This document shows positions 1 to 12,949 of a DNA stretch of 64,000 nucleotides, one piece after another. Numbering within the stretch: the stretch's first letter is position 1; every line of letters starts with the position of its first letter. Origin of the DNA: Raillietiella orientalis (Eukaryota); assembly GCA_036172245.1 (NCBI GenBank), contig JAYWIR010000015.1, positions 2,294,001 through 2,358,000 of the forward strand, given 5' to 3'. The position numbers and the translations under genes were made by a program. The notes under the pieces are model-generated. The model searched no databases and was not told the origin of the DNA. It saw nothing but the letters and a program-made list of their open reading frames with translations.

Positions 1-1050
1 TTGAATTACGACACCCAGCTTCCCATGCCAGTGGGCAAATCAAGACCTTTGCTGAGATCTTAGGCACGTCGAATCGAATGCATGCAAATACATGGTTCCA
101 CTCCAAGTGTGCAAGATACGTGATGCACTCATAAAAATGCACTGATGTGATCAGATGAAAGCCAATCGAAGGCAACTGAACCTCACTACGGTGACTCAGA
201 GGTTGTCCATGGAATCCTCAGATGGATGTATTCCGACTGCTGAACCCAGGATAACCTTATGGATACGACAGTCGACATTCGATTGATGCACAAGCCAGAA
301 ACGTGGTTGCTCAACACGAAGAATGTTTCCAGAGGCGCCTCTGAAGCTGAAATGGGCAGCAATAGGAGGTCAACCTCGTAGACTGCCAATAGTTAGCGTG
401 CATAGACTGGTCGATGGCTGGGCGACCGGAGCCAAATTGAACATGTACAGGAAGACGTATTCTGTGCCCATTTGAAGTAGATGCTGAACAGCATGGGGCT
501 TAGTCTGTCCCCTTGCCTAATCCCCAATCTCACCAGCATGCTACAGACGGAGCGACTGCTGAAACATGCTGATTAGCACATCACTCCAAAGCGATATATC
601 GCAAATATGCATCCATGATGAGCGAGAAGTGCAGGTTTTGAAGAACTCCCTAAGTAGCTGCGTTCACGCCATGGGTCGCTTTCTGCAGATCGATTCGGGT
701 CGTCAGAATGTCGATCTGTGCTAAGAACCTACTATCCTGCATTCTTAGGCCTTATCGGCTTCTTTCGATGGAGCTGGAGCCAGATCTGTGCCAAGAACCG
801 ATCGGCCTCCCATGCTCCTCCCGGTGCAGCATACATTTGTTCCATGCTAAGCAGGGAGTCCACTACCCATTAAGGGCGAGCAGACCACACATTCCCAATC
901 AAGTTGATACCCGCGTTCAATAAAGCGATTAGATGCAAGTTCGTATAGTTGCGTGAGTCTCCTCTGACGTGGACTTGACTGGTTTGATGCATTCATGTTC
1001 TCGTTCCACCCTGCTCCCTTCATCGTGTTTTCCATTGGCTTTCTCTAAGG
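1..1050 (-). mobile_element. Decayed L1/Tx1-like non-LTR retrotransposon, reverse-transcriptase part of ORF2 (runs off the window start)
   Basis: Minus-strand translation across stops and frameshifts gives RT motifs in order: GDSRNYTNLHLIALLN (NWRPISLLN-like, ~915-965), IDLQKA (~678-695), LGIRQGDRLSPMLFS (~485-530), AVYEVDLLLL (YADD-loop remnant, ~357-386) and GLCIN. More GC-rich than the flanking gene. Confidence 0.8.
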
Positions 1051-1214
1051 CTTTTGTGGATGACATCTGGGTTCTAACACTGAATTTCGGCTAACGCTCC
1101 TTATTACATTTGAAAGTTAGTGTAATTGTAAGCTGCACAAATATGCTGTTATAAATTGCACTAGAGCAAATAATTTACACGAAGGTGAATTATACAAAAA
1201 TGTAAACCGAAATA

Positions 1215-1220
1215 TTTATT
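1215..1220 (-). promoter_or_regulatory. Candidate polyadenylation signal (AATAAA) of loco/RGS12
   Basis: TTTATT on the plus strand about 150 nt downstream of the loco stop codon. The sequence is AT-rich, so a chance match is possible. Confidence 0.4.
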
Positions 1221-1366
1221 TAATGCCTCTTAATAAAAATTTTACAATATTATCTTGGAAAACAAAACATTAGTAGAAAATCATTAAAAAATATCACTTT
1301 AATAGTTATGAGTATGTTCAGATAAATTGCAAATATGAAAATCTAACTATGATTATCTCAAAAGGA

Positions 1367-4300
1367 CTAGTCAGGAATGAATTTTGTTGAACAGAGTTTT
1401 ACAGGAGGGCGGGGAGGTGGTACTCTTTGCAAGTCAGACTTTGGAGGAAGTGGGGGTTGAGGACTGTTTTGAATAAGGATAGCTTGTTTGCATGGTAACG
1501 AAAATTCTTCAGGATCCAAATTTGAGGATGCATTAGATTCCTCAGGAAATGCAACATGTGAAGGTATTAAAGTTTCATTGAAACCGAAGTCAAAATTCTG
1601 TTGGGACTCTTCTATGCTGGGATTAGCTCCATTTTTGCTGCTATCTGCAGGTATCAAAGTGTTTGACCTTGCTGCAATATGAGAATCAAAACCTGAGAAA
1701 GATGAAAATTCAGATATGCAAACAATGGAATCTGAATCAAAGTCACTGCCATATTTTGACTGGTTCTCATTTTTTGAGTGGCGCAAAAACTCTGGTAGTT
1801 CACAGCTTATCTTGGTTCCTCGCTGGTCTTCTAGACGATTATCTTGAGCTTTCTTAAGCTCCTCAATCAATTCTGAAAATTATATATCGTTATGACAATC
1901 ACGTGTTATACAGTAGCATCAACCTTCGCAGTCCTGAGTTATGTCTGGAGGCAAACAAGCGTTAGAATTTAGTGGAACACATGAAGAATGAGTCTGCAAA
2001 ATCTTTGGCTCATGATGTGAGATGCTTAGGTCCTGACCTGGAGCAAGTCCAATTCTTCAAATACCTTGGATGTAATTTCTTTTAATGATGGTCTATTATT
2101 ATTCTGCGAATGTTTTATAGACAATAATAATTTCTGTCCATCTACCACCGAGGCGGTACTATTCACTGGGATCACCGTTCCATCTGTCTTCTAATTACAT
2201 TTTTCATGAGTCGTGTTCACTACTACACTAAACTCACCTTAACGATAGCAATATTCTCTACTTTTAATCCATGAGAGCGTAACCAGGGTTGCAATATCTG
2301 TGTAAGACGATGGGATGGCCTTGATTTGTAAACAATCACACTTCCACTAGATAATTCAAAAGAAACAAGTGCTCTTTGTTCTACATAAACATCCTTTCCA
2401 CACAGAATGCTGCAATCTGTATCTAAATCTACTGGATGCTTACTACCAGCTACATGTACTGCCAGTGTATGATAACTCAACCCCTTTTTCTGGAGAATAC
2501 ATTGAACAACTGATTCTACACTTCTGTTTGGAATAATCTCCATGACAGTGGTTGAGCCATCTGGTAAGATAAGGCGAAATAAACCAAAACCTTCATTTGA
2601 ATCTAAAGAAGTTAAGGAATCACTTGAATGTGATTGTGAGAGAATGTCAAGATTAGAACATTTGTTCATTGCATGCCCTTGTCTAAAAGGCAACTTCTTA
2701 TGTCCTCTAGATGAACTCCGATCTAAAGATCTCAAACGTGTGAATGGTGGCTGCATATCTTTAGACTGAGTTCGCCTACTTTTGCGGCTCCAAAGTAAAA
2801 GAGAATGCCTCCTTTTCTCCTACGTAAAAAAATATTCATAATCGCAACATTGACCGCAAAACAACTGATTTACTTTTTCCTGTTTATTAAAGTTGATCGA
2901 TTCTTCTTTCTGGTCATCTGAGAACGTGTGAAAATCTTCCAAGAGTTTGTACTCTGAAAGACCACATAAAACTTGTTGGTAAATGGAGGAACGCAAAAAA
3001 CGAGGATAACTATCCTGCTTCATCAGTTTATACACTTGTTCTTCTGCCTAAAGTTCACTTAGATTTTGAATGATTGAAACAATTCAATACCAGTTTGAAA
3101 ATGTTGGGATGTGGATTGTTTAGCTGTGTTTGAGCATCCTGAATAGCTGGTGCATCAACATTAATCGGATCAGTTGCATTAGGTCCAAGAAACTGATCAA
3201 AAATAGATTGCGATAGCTCCTTATACTGCGACTCCTTTGCATGTCGAAGTTCTTGAATTTTCAACCAAAAATTCAAATTTTCGTAACTAAATTCTTTTTT
3301 GAGGAATTGCTGAAAACCACATGCAACTTTTCACCATACTATCTGCATCTTACAGAAAATAAATGAATTCCTAAAGAATCACTGAATAATTTTTCAAAGG
3401 AATGAGACCAAGCGTTAGCCCTGTTAAAATGATCAATGGCTTCTGAAGTCGCTTTTTCGTTTGCATCCTTGTTAGCTTCAGAAATCTGAGATTTTCAAAA
3501 TATTACCAATGAAATTTTTTTACTTATGAATACCTGCGTTACTTCTGATGTCGAATCCCTTGAGACATTTATGAGACTCTTACACATGTGCTGCTTGTGA
3601 ATTTCATTCTGGAATAAATTTTTGATTTCTATTTCTTGTATCACATTCATCAATTTGTGGTTAGTCATGTGTTTGGTTAGGAAATGGCAATCAGATTAAA
3701 TGAAAACAGAGCAATCTAGTGAAAAATAATGCATTAAAATAAAGTAAATGTGATATGAAATTTAGTAACCATATTTTGGAGAATTTTACATGAGTGCAAT
3801 ATTTAAGTCTTTTTTGCTTTCTTTCATTTCCAAATATTAAAAGCACAAAGAAAAATGTATATGCATTTCGTAGGAAAAGAAAAATACTAGAAATAAAAAA
3901 AAAGGAGGGAAACTAAACAAAACAAAAAACAAAACAACTAGAATTTCTATTAATGCATGGTAGAAATTCTAGAGACCAATGTAAATACAGAACATTCACA
4001 GAATGCAGTCTCAAAATGAATGAAAAAAAGGAATATTCATGTGAACTACCTCTCACATAAAGAAGGTTCATCAAGATGAAATATGAAAGTCTGCAAAACA
4101 AGTTTTTGCAGATTTTTTTCTCTGGACCAAACAAAACTAGGCAAAAACAATCAAAGTGCAATTAAATTATCTTATGCACAAGAATGATCCATACAGCTTT
4201 GAGCAGATTTTTGAAAGTGTGAATAAAACATCCACTGAAAGAAATCATTTCACACTAGAGAATAAAAATTCAGTCAAAAAAAACAAACAAATTAAACAGG

Positions 4301-7300
4301 ATCAAACTTGTCCGAAACCATCTGAAAACTACAAACAATAGCCAAAGCAAAGCATGAAATTTTGCTCTATACTGGGTAATATAAAATGATTTTAATTTTA
4401 AAATAAAATTTTTTGGAGAAATAGCAGCATGTAATCTAAAACAATTTATAGTTCATTTCCAAGTTTTCAAATTATGCAATCTTAATCACAGACTATTAGG
4501 ATTTCAACAAATTTATGAAAGCAGAAGGAAAACGTATCTTTCAATAATTACAAAAGCAGAAGCAATGTTTTTTTTCTTTCTGGATGCTAAATTAATTAAG
4601 GGCTTAAACTATTAAAACATGACTGGTGAGCAAATCAAAAATTAAATTTAAAATGTGTTGAAAAGGTAAGTAATACAGAAAATTAACTGTTAGTAAATGA
4701 GAAACGCACACTTTACAAGTAATGAAATATAGAACATTAAAATTTCTAGGAATGCACCTTCAAATAAAAATGCAAACAACCTTCAGGCACAATTAATAAA
4801 TACGTGTAAATAATTTCAAACCATTTAATTAAATAATTATAAATTACCAAATATGGATTAATTTTGGGGCGATTTTTTTTTCTAAAGAAAGAGACCACAA
4901 TAAAATTTTTACAAAAAACCATCAGCAAAATTCTGTTACAAAATAACAAAATAATGATAAGCCATTGGAAATGGATAAGCCATGTGGTACAGATCCATAC
5001 ATTTTATCTACAAAAGCCATCAGTTAAGAAAATAAATTTATATTTATGATGGCTGTTCTCACAGCAAACAACTTAATGTAATAACCAAAAATGTTATTAC
5101 AAGATCAGTGTATACTTTACTCCTAAGAATGGACCTATACAAAAACAAAACCTATATCTAGACAAGCCCATATTTAAACAGAAACCTTAATGCCTGTCAT
5201 CCAAATCAAGCACAAATCTTTCAATTACAATGTGCTTTAATTCAGAGAATGATAAGATTACTTTTATTAAAAACGGCTGTACACAAATTCAAATGAATAA
5301 ACATTTTGTATTTCAAAATGTGATGTAATTTGTTTGTGCTTTTAGTCAGCACAAAACTAAAACAGTTCACAACCAGCCATTTGTAATGCACACCTATTTG
5401 ATTATACTGATGTGCATAACTTGATGCACTTCTATATAGCATTTTTCTTTATAGAAATTTTCGGGTTTTTTGAAAAAATAAAAAACTTGAAAAACGAGTA
5501 ACTTAAACTCTGAACAGGGATTCACTCATTAATATGGCATAAAAAATGTATAGTTAGGGCAGGTCATGGAATAGATAAGCCACTAGCGAATAAATCATGA
5601 TAAAAAAATACTCATTTTTAATTGAACACCAGCTACACACCCGATTCAAATTAATTTAAAACTAACCTAACTTTAAAATTAAATAATGATACAATATTTG
5701 TAACACACATTTGCTTTTTACTGCTTTGATAAAGCACCGTATAATGAAAGTGGATTTAAGGGACAATTGGATAACTCCATCTCTTCAAGCGAAAATTCGG
5801 TTTTTAATGTCACCAATAGACATGATCATCTTATGAGCTGGAATACTGATATCAATAGATCAGTTTCCAAACTCAAAGCATTTTGCATAATTCGAAAAAT
5901 ATCAAAGATTATTAAAATACTGCGAAATGTGAAGCTGACTTGAAAACTGTGGAGGAATCTTTCTTTTAGAACAGGAAGAAACTGGACCATTAAAATCAAC
6001 ATTTAAAACTTGGAATAATCAAAAAATGAAATTTCTCTACTGCTCTGTTTGAAATTCATGATTATTATACAGAATAATTAATTATTAATTATTAATTTTT
6101 TATGTTTCAGCAAGAATAAGCATTATTACATCTGAAATAAAATATGAACTGTAACTGTGAAAATTATACACTTAAAAGGAAAGACTCCCCAAATTGTACA
6201 TAACAGTTAAAAGCATCAACTTTCCTATGAGTAATCTCAACTAATAGATTTACGTATTAAACATACTGTGATGAGCATAGTAAGATAGATCTACAAAATA
6301 AATAATTAAAAAGCACTTATTAGAATAAAAAACATTCAGTGTCAATCAAATTTATGAAGAATTTTTGTTTTCCACATCAATCACACTAATCAGGCTAACA
6401 ATAAACATATGTACATGCATGTACACATACACACACAGACATATGCACTATGAATAGTTATCCCATAGTTATCCATTTTTCACAATAAAGCAATACTTAC
6501 ACTATTAAAATCCCTGTTCATCAAACTTTTGGAGAATGGGTCACTATTGGAATCAACACGTGAGGCTTGTTTCTTTCTATAAACTGCAGGGGGCAATGGA
6601 CAAATTGCACTAAAATCGGATTCTGAACTTTCAGCACAAGATAAATTGTTAGCATCAAGATGAGCACCTGTATTATCGTGTAACTGAGATTTCAGCTCGA
6701 ATTTCAATAATTTAGAATGGTCAGCATGAGTGATTTTGGAAGATGACTTGTGTTTTTCCAAAGGAACAAATAACTCTCTATCACCTTGACTTCTTGTGGA
6801 ATATTTTAAACCAGAAGCTACGATTTCTGAAGATCTTCCTTCATCATGAAACCCAATTCCAGAATCACAATTGCTGTTACTTGAATTGCTACTGCTGACA
6901 GAAAAGCATGGTAATGGTGGAGGAATCTTGTCCAGGCTAACTATTTCAGGGCCAACAGTTTTTTCCAATAATGGGATGCCACGACGATAAAGGTAAGCTA
7001 TGTTTTGTATAAGCAAATCAGAAGTGGAAGGAAACTCAACACAAGCTCCAAGTTCAGGAATTGGGGTGCATTTAAAACCAAATGCTTGCGCATGTGACTT
7101 ATGGAACTTATGTTTACAAATCATGGGATCAACCACGAAGGCATGACAAGAACTTCCAGTTTCTTTGGGATCTTTACGCAATGTGACCAAGCCAAAAAAG
7201 TGATTATCATCACCATAAACACCACAGAACTGTATGACATCAGCCGAGTAACACACCAACACAATTCCTTGCTGATTCACTAAAACAACTTGATCTCTGT

Positions 7301-8072
7301 AAATACACAGCAATACTTGCATATGTACTTTGCGCTCTACACGTAATCTACGTATGCAACTACGTATTAATTGTAAAACTGATGTTTCGGTGCATGCTTG
7401 CGTAGGTATTTCTACAGACCCTAAATAACCAACAACTGCACGAGTTAGCATATACTGGGATGAAAAATGAGGAAGCTGATAAGGTAGCATTCCATGAAGT
7501 TCATTTTCACTAAAGAGAGTTTGTATATTTTCAAAAAATGCATTTCTGGGATTGTTTTCTAAATCATTATACTTTGGAGTATTGTTTGAATTATTTTTGG
7601 AATGATACAGTAGATTTCTCTCTTTTAAGGGATAAGTATTTATCTTTTTGAACAATCTTTCAGACTGACTTTTACTCATTGGGCCATTTGTTAACTTTTC
7701 AGAAACATACTTATCACAGTAGGGAATCTGGGACTGCTTACTAGTACAGTGCTCAGCCCAGGAAATCACATTTTCATTTTCAAAATTATCAGAGAAATAA
7801 TTATCAGAAATATGCAAAGTAAGCTGTCCACCACTTGTTCCTATCAACCTCACAACATCATCATGCTGGGCTTGAGATACATCGTGACCATTTACTGAAA
7901 GCAGGTAATCACCTTCTTTTAAGCCAGCATTTTCGGCAGGGCTTCCACTAACAATGCAGCTAAGCACACATGGAGTTTGCCCAGATATTGTAAAGCCAAA
8001 TCCATCTTTGCCTCTTTCTAGGCATATTAATCTTGTCCTGGAATTTGTGTTCTTCTTTCTTATGGCGTTCAT
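1367..8072 (-). CDS. loco: Regulator of G-protein signalling 12 / loco orthologue (PDZ, PTB, RGS, tandem RBD, GoLoco)
   Basis: Exons joined at GT-AG sites with frame kept: 8072-6501 (PDZ 'ERGKDGFGFTISGQTPCVLSCIV', PTB 'AVVGYLGSVE'), 3608-3534, 3485-3354, 3309-3091 and 3047-2874 (RGS 'QFLKKEFSYENLNFW...MKQDSYPRFLRS'), 2819-2238 (RBD 'FRLILPDGSTTV'), 2190-2038, 1993-1924, 1872-1367 (GoLoco 'ELIEELKKAQDNRLEDQRG', stop at 1367-1369). Extra exons in 3609-6500 are not excluded. Confidence 0.93.
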
Positions 8073-9299
8073 TCTTTTGGTTATGGGATCAAGGTAGCTG
8101 GGGCATTCTTCTCTCAGTTCGTTTCACCTTTGGTCAGGGAGGCAAATAACGTGAACACTCTCACAACACACGCGCATGGCTATCCATGAATCCACTGCAT
8201 TGCCGCAGTTTGGAAACCTAAACTTCTCATCCAAACAATATCTTCCTCAAATTATCACACCCTAGAGAAACCACGGAATATGGCAATCTCAAATGTAAAT
8301 ACAATTTTTTGAAAATACACTTTTCCTCGTGATGTTCGGATCTAGGTTTTGGAGGCTCCTTTTTCTCGCGTCAAACCATTTTACCTATTGCAGCGTGTCG
8401 AAAATTTTCGTACTGAAAGCGTACGGAACTTTGTTTTGCACAACGATTCTATGGGGAATTTCACAACTCCATCCCGTACAGCGACTTTGTCGTTAAAACG
8501 AGTACATCTAACGGCAAAGATCAGCATTACAGTTCAAGCATCTTCGTTAATGCGCATCGAAGTTGCCCAGGAAACCCCGATGCAGTCCCTGCTTGAAGCT
8601 CAGAAGGAAAAAAAAAAAAAAAACCATGCTTCTTGCTAGCACACACCGATATAAATATAATTTTATTCAGTGTTTTTTCTGAGTAAACAAATCACTTCCT
8701 GCAAGTTTGTAGATGGAATCACGAACTTCCTGAAAAACCATGAGATCGAAGGAAAAAAAATCGTGAACCGGTAGTCAAAAACAAAAGAAAGAAAATTTGC
8801 GTTTTTTTTCGATGCACTCAAGTTAGAAACCAAAACCCAGAAGGAAAATTAAATTTTTATTCCAAATTCAGTGAAAAGTACGAAATTTAATTACTACGAC
8901 ACTTGAGAAACGATTTGAAAGGTTCATGACTGGTATCTCCGGCTTCGTTATTTTCCAGAGGTTTTTAAGGTGTGTTTCTGAGTCTGCTACTTGAGATTTA
9001 CCTACATTCATCCGTCTGAGAAGCCTGGAAGTAGTTTTGTTCAAAACGACGACAAGATTGCGGCATGAAAAGAAAAAATGATGCGTTCATGTCACACTTG
9101 ATCCAAATCCGCTAATGCTCCAGGAAGTGAACCTCTGGTGCACCCCTGGTAGGCGACAGGATAGCGGTCACAACAATTTGTTTGATAGTATTTTCTCTCC
9201 TTGGAAGCTTTTTCTTTGCTCTTTCCATCTCGCTGTTGGACATATAGTCCGTACATTTAGGGATTTGATTCACAGTCCTCATCTATATTGACTTGTGGA

Positions 9300-10800
9300 G
9301 TCAGATGTTGCATCTGCCAGTTTCTTTTTTCTTCAATCCGTTTAGCCGTATTTGTTCGACTCCTTTGGTCTTAGTTTAATGGCACTTGTGAATCTTCACG
9401 ATTTCTTTTATTAGCGAATAGAGTGGCATTGCCGACATTCGTTGTAACTTCTGCCAAGTTGGCTCTTTAGGTCATCATGAGATGTTTAGTTCATTATATC
9501 ATCTCACTCTCTCATGAACTCTTCCAATCGCAGCGCTTTTTGCTCATACGAATGGATTTCTACGTTTGTCACATATTTTTCTGATCGCATTGGCGCGACA
9601 GCCCTGTCGATTTGCTCTTTTCTTTTTCAGCTTTCTTCCCATCTCGGTGAACTCCGTGTACGTGGTCACCTCTCTGCTATTGTAGGTTTCTTCTCTCCCT
9701 GGTTGTTGTCTTGCAGTGAGCTCCTTTTAAGGGTTTCTTCTTCCTTATAATTGGAGCAACTGCATGTATTTCTTGCATTCATGGTTCATGTCTCCTGCCA
9801 TCTTGCAGATGTAACATTTCTAGGACTGGGTGCACGCATGCTGCAAAAGCACCTGCTGACCGCACTTGTGGCATTTCGCCTTAAACAGGCTGCTATTCTG
9901 TGGCCGAATTACTTAAGGTCCATCAAGAAAGCAGGGTACTATCTGCCACGTATGATCACTTCCTGGGAGTGAACGGTCATTTTTGCTACTCATGGAATGA
10001 TTGCGTTATCTCGACTGGTCTCAGATCTTCCCCATTAAGTCTTCGAATTCCACGTTCTGCACTCCTCCATACTTGGCCAAGAAGTTTTATATAGCCTTCT
10101 GGAGCGTCTGAAAACTGAGCCTGAACAGGAACACAGTGGTAGACGCTGTTTCATCGATCCCGCATGGTACGTGCCCGTTGGAATTAATCCTCTTCACAAT
10201 CCGTGTATACTATGAACAAGACCCTATGTCTGTATACGTGCGAAATCTACGTTCCGCTTGCAAAGTGCAATATAGATATCGCTACCTTCTTGACGGGCAT
10301 TATCTTGAACTGGAATGAAGGTCACTGGTTAGACCTTTAGGTCCATCTTCATGATAGGTTCGTCAGTATTCCTAATTTGCAATGTGGCAAACTGCTCTTC
10401 AGCCCATTCAGTAACGGGCATGTTGGGAGCTGCTGCCGTCGCCGCACCGTCGCAGAGGGCAATGTCGCCTCGGTCGTGGGTTCGTGTTTATCTTTGTGGG
10501 AGTGATCACCACTGACGGCTGTTGGCACACCGTCATGGCGGCACCAGGTCGTTGCAATACTCCAAAGGATTGTTCGCTCCACTCCAATTCTTCCACACTT
10601 CCGCGTCTCCACTTGCATTGTCCACTGCTCGCTGCACCGGAGAGAGGGTCCACCGATCATTTGAATACGACGATTCAAAGCCGGGTGAGTACAGTTGGCT
10701 GACGGAAACAACGAACGCAACCCCGAGATTGAGTAGCGTACAATAAATTCAATAAATAAGACCTTGCCTGTTTGGATAGAAGCAAATGTAGGTGAACCTA
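9300..10800 (-). mobile_element. Decayed L1/Tx1-like ORF1 (RRM-like region plus CCHC zinc knuckles)
   Basis: Minus strand reads TTVFLFRLSFQTLQKAI*NFLAKYGGVQNVEFE (~10040-10140), then KCHKCGQQVLLQHAC and KCYICKMAGDMNHEC (~9775-9876), two degenerate CX2CX4HX4C knuckles. Internal stops are present and the boundaries are approximate. Confidence 0.7.
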
Positions 10801-11855
10801 TGCATGTATTCAAAGTAGAGTCCCGTGATCATCATTCAAAAAATGATCTTCCTTAACTGTTGCAACAAATGTATGATGCGTGCAGTCTTTCAGTTTTTCC
10901 AGTTTATTCCATGTTCTAATTCCAGAAAGTTATTTTTCATTAAAAAATTAATAATGACCAAAAGAACTCTAGGGAAATTAGGTGTTCACAGCTATATCGA
11001 TATACTATGCTTAGCAATTTTCATCAAATCAAAAATAAGAGCTCCGCACATATCAATAATACAAGAGAGTTTGGAATATAGCTAATAAAATAAATATGTT
11101 GCAATGACAGTCCCAAACACCACAATAAGTGAATTCGTTTATTAATTTATTTCTAAATAGTTTACATCGTTTGAAACTAAATCCAAAAATTCATTTTCAG
11201 GTGCTAATTTGAATAGTTTATTTTTAAAAAAAAAGTAAAAAAAAAAAATTGCCTTCCCTAAAGTTTTTAAATTTGCGACTGACTTAACTTGAAATGCAGA
11301 TGAAGTTATTCGGGAAAATCATTATTCGTGCCACACATTTTTCCCCCCTCCAAGTCATATGATTTGGGTGATTACTGGGACTGAAAGTTGTCACACAGAG
11401 TACTGGAAATCATTTTAGATACCGAAGACATTATGCAGTTCTACAAAATTGAATTTATAAAAATTCATTTTCTCCTTCTAAGACAGACTCATGTCTTAGA
11501 AGAAGAAACGCTAATGTCCGAGAGCTGATCAAACAAAGAAATTAATCAGTAATCATTATAGAGTAATCATCCGCCAGCGTCCAACAGGTATCATCGTCCA
11601 ATTTTGGACTCTCGATTTTCTGTGACTTTCATGTCCTCCCTCTCTCTCACCAACATGCTCGCTAAAATTTAGGAACGTTCCCTCTGAAGAATCACTTTCC
11701 ATCGTGATCTGGAATTGCCAGCCATAGTCATTTTCTTATTTCGAGTACAAACTCCAATTTCGTCTGCTCTACAGTCTTGTCTGATCAGTACAATTTTGCT
11801 TGCCTTTGATGTGCGCACAGTCTATTGTGCATCGTTTAGCAGAATGCAGTGTTAA

Positions 11856-12452
11856 AACTAATTTCTTAAGCTTTGGCAACATTGATACACTCCTTAACTA
11901 ATCAGAAGCAAAACAAAATGGTATCCGTAGAAATATTTCTGTCAACATAAAAATAACTGCTGGAGAAAATACTAAATCATGTAAATGGTACGGCTTTCTG
12001 AAAGTAAACGGTTTGTTGCATTGAGACTTAGTTTGAGAGTGCTTTCAAATCAAGTCTCAATGCAAAAAACCGTTTCAAACAGGAGCAGTGTTAAAAGAAG
12101 AGAAAGGCAGCACACTTCAAATCATTTGCTCACTGCATGATCTGATCATCGTTCTTTAAATGTCTGATAAAATCCAATTAAGGCATTCATTGCTTCAAAA
12201 TTCTACAAATCCAGTATTCTCAAGGCAGAATCCAGCAGAAGAAATCCAAAAGAATAAAACCTAATATAATATTTTCTTAATTGGAAACTTGTTTCATTTC
12301 AATGGATGTTTCAATACTCACTGCATATTTGAATGTCTAGTTTTAAACATTTGAAGACAGCTTGGAGAGAAATATTTCTACGGATACCATTTTGTTTTGC
12401 TTCTGATTAGTTAGGGAGTGTATCGATGTTGCCAAAGCTTACGAAATTAGTT
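11856..12452. mobile_element. MITE-like / foldback element with ~85 bp terminal inverted repeats
   Basis: 11856-11940 (AACTAATTTCTTAAGCTTTGGCAACATTGATACACTCC...CGTAGAAATATTTCT) is the near-perfect reverse complement of 12368-12452. The interior is non-coding and AT-rich. No clear target-site duplication. Confidence 0.6.
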
Positions 12453-12949
12453 CCTTCCATTGCTGTATTTGCTCTGATAGTAAGGATGATTCAGCAAAGT
12501 TGGATTACTATCATATTATCATCATATTACTCTCATGTTACCGTAGCACCCTGGTAGGACAAGCTGGTCAAGTCGCTACAGTTTTACACCATATTACTGT
12601 AACATGTGTTACTAAATATGTTGCTATGTCGATGACAGAATCCTGAGAGAGTGGTCCTTTTTTTTCCCTTCCAATTTACAGAACTGGTTGGTATCTAACT
12701 GAGTTCAATTTTTTTAATGCTTCCATAAGAAACGATATGGAGTGGATAGTTGACTGAAACTGGTATAAAAACAAGCGATGAGTATGCTGCCTGCCATTCC
12801 TTGGGAAAATGGAAAGTTTTTTTTTTTTTAAAAAAAAAAACTCAGTACGAAATGAACTCAGGGCCTTCAGTAGTACTATGAACTGCTGATATTTTGAAAA
12901 TATTACTTGAGAACTTTCAAAGCTTCTGACTCCGCATATTTCGAGAAAT

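Noticed and set aside
186..480. Possible retroviral-type aspartic protease (FRGASGNIL in one frame)
   Set aside because: Another frame of the same stretch gives clear non-LTR RT motifs (QGDRLSP, YADD-like), which explain it better.
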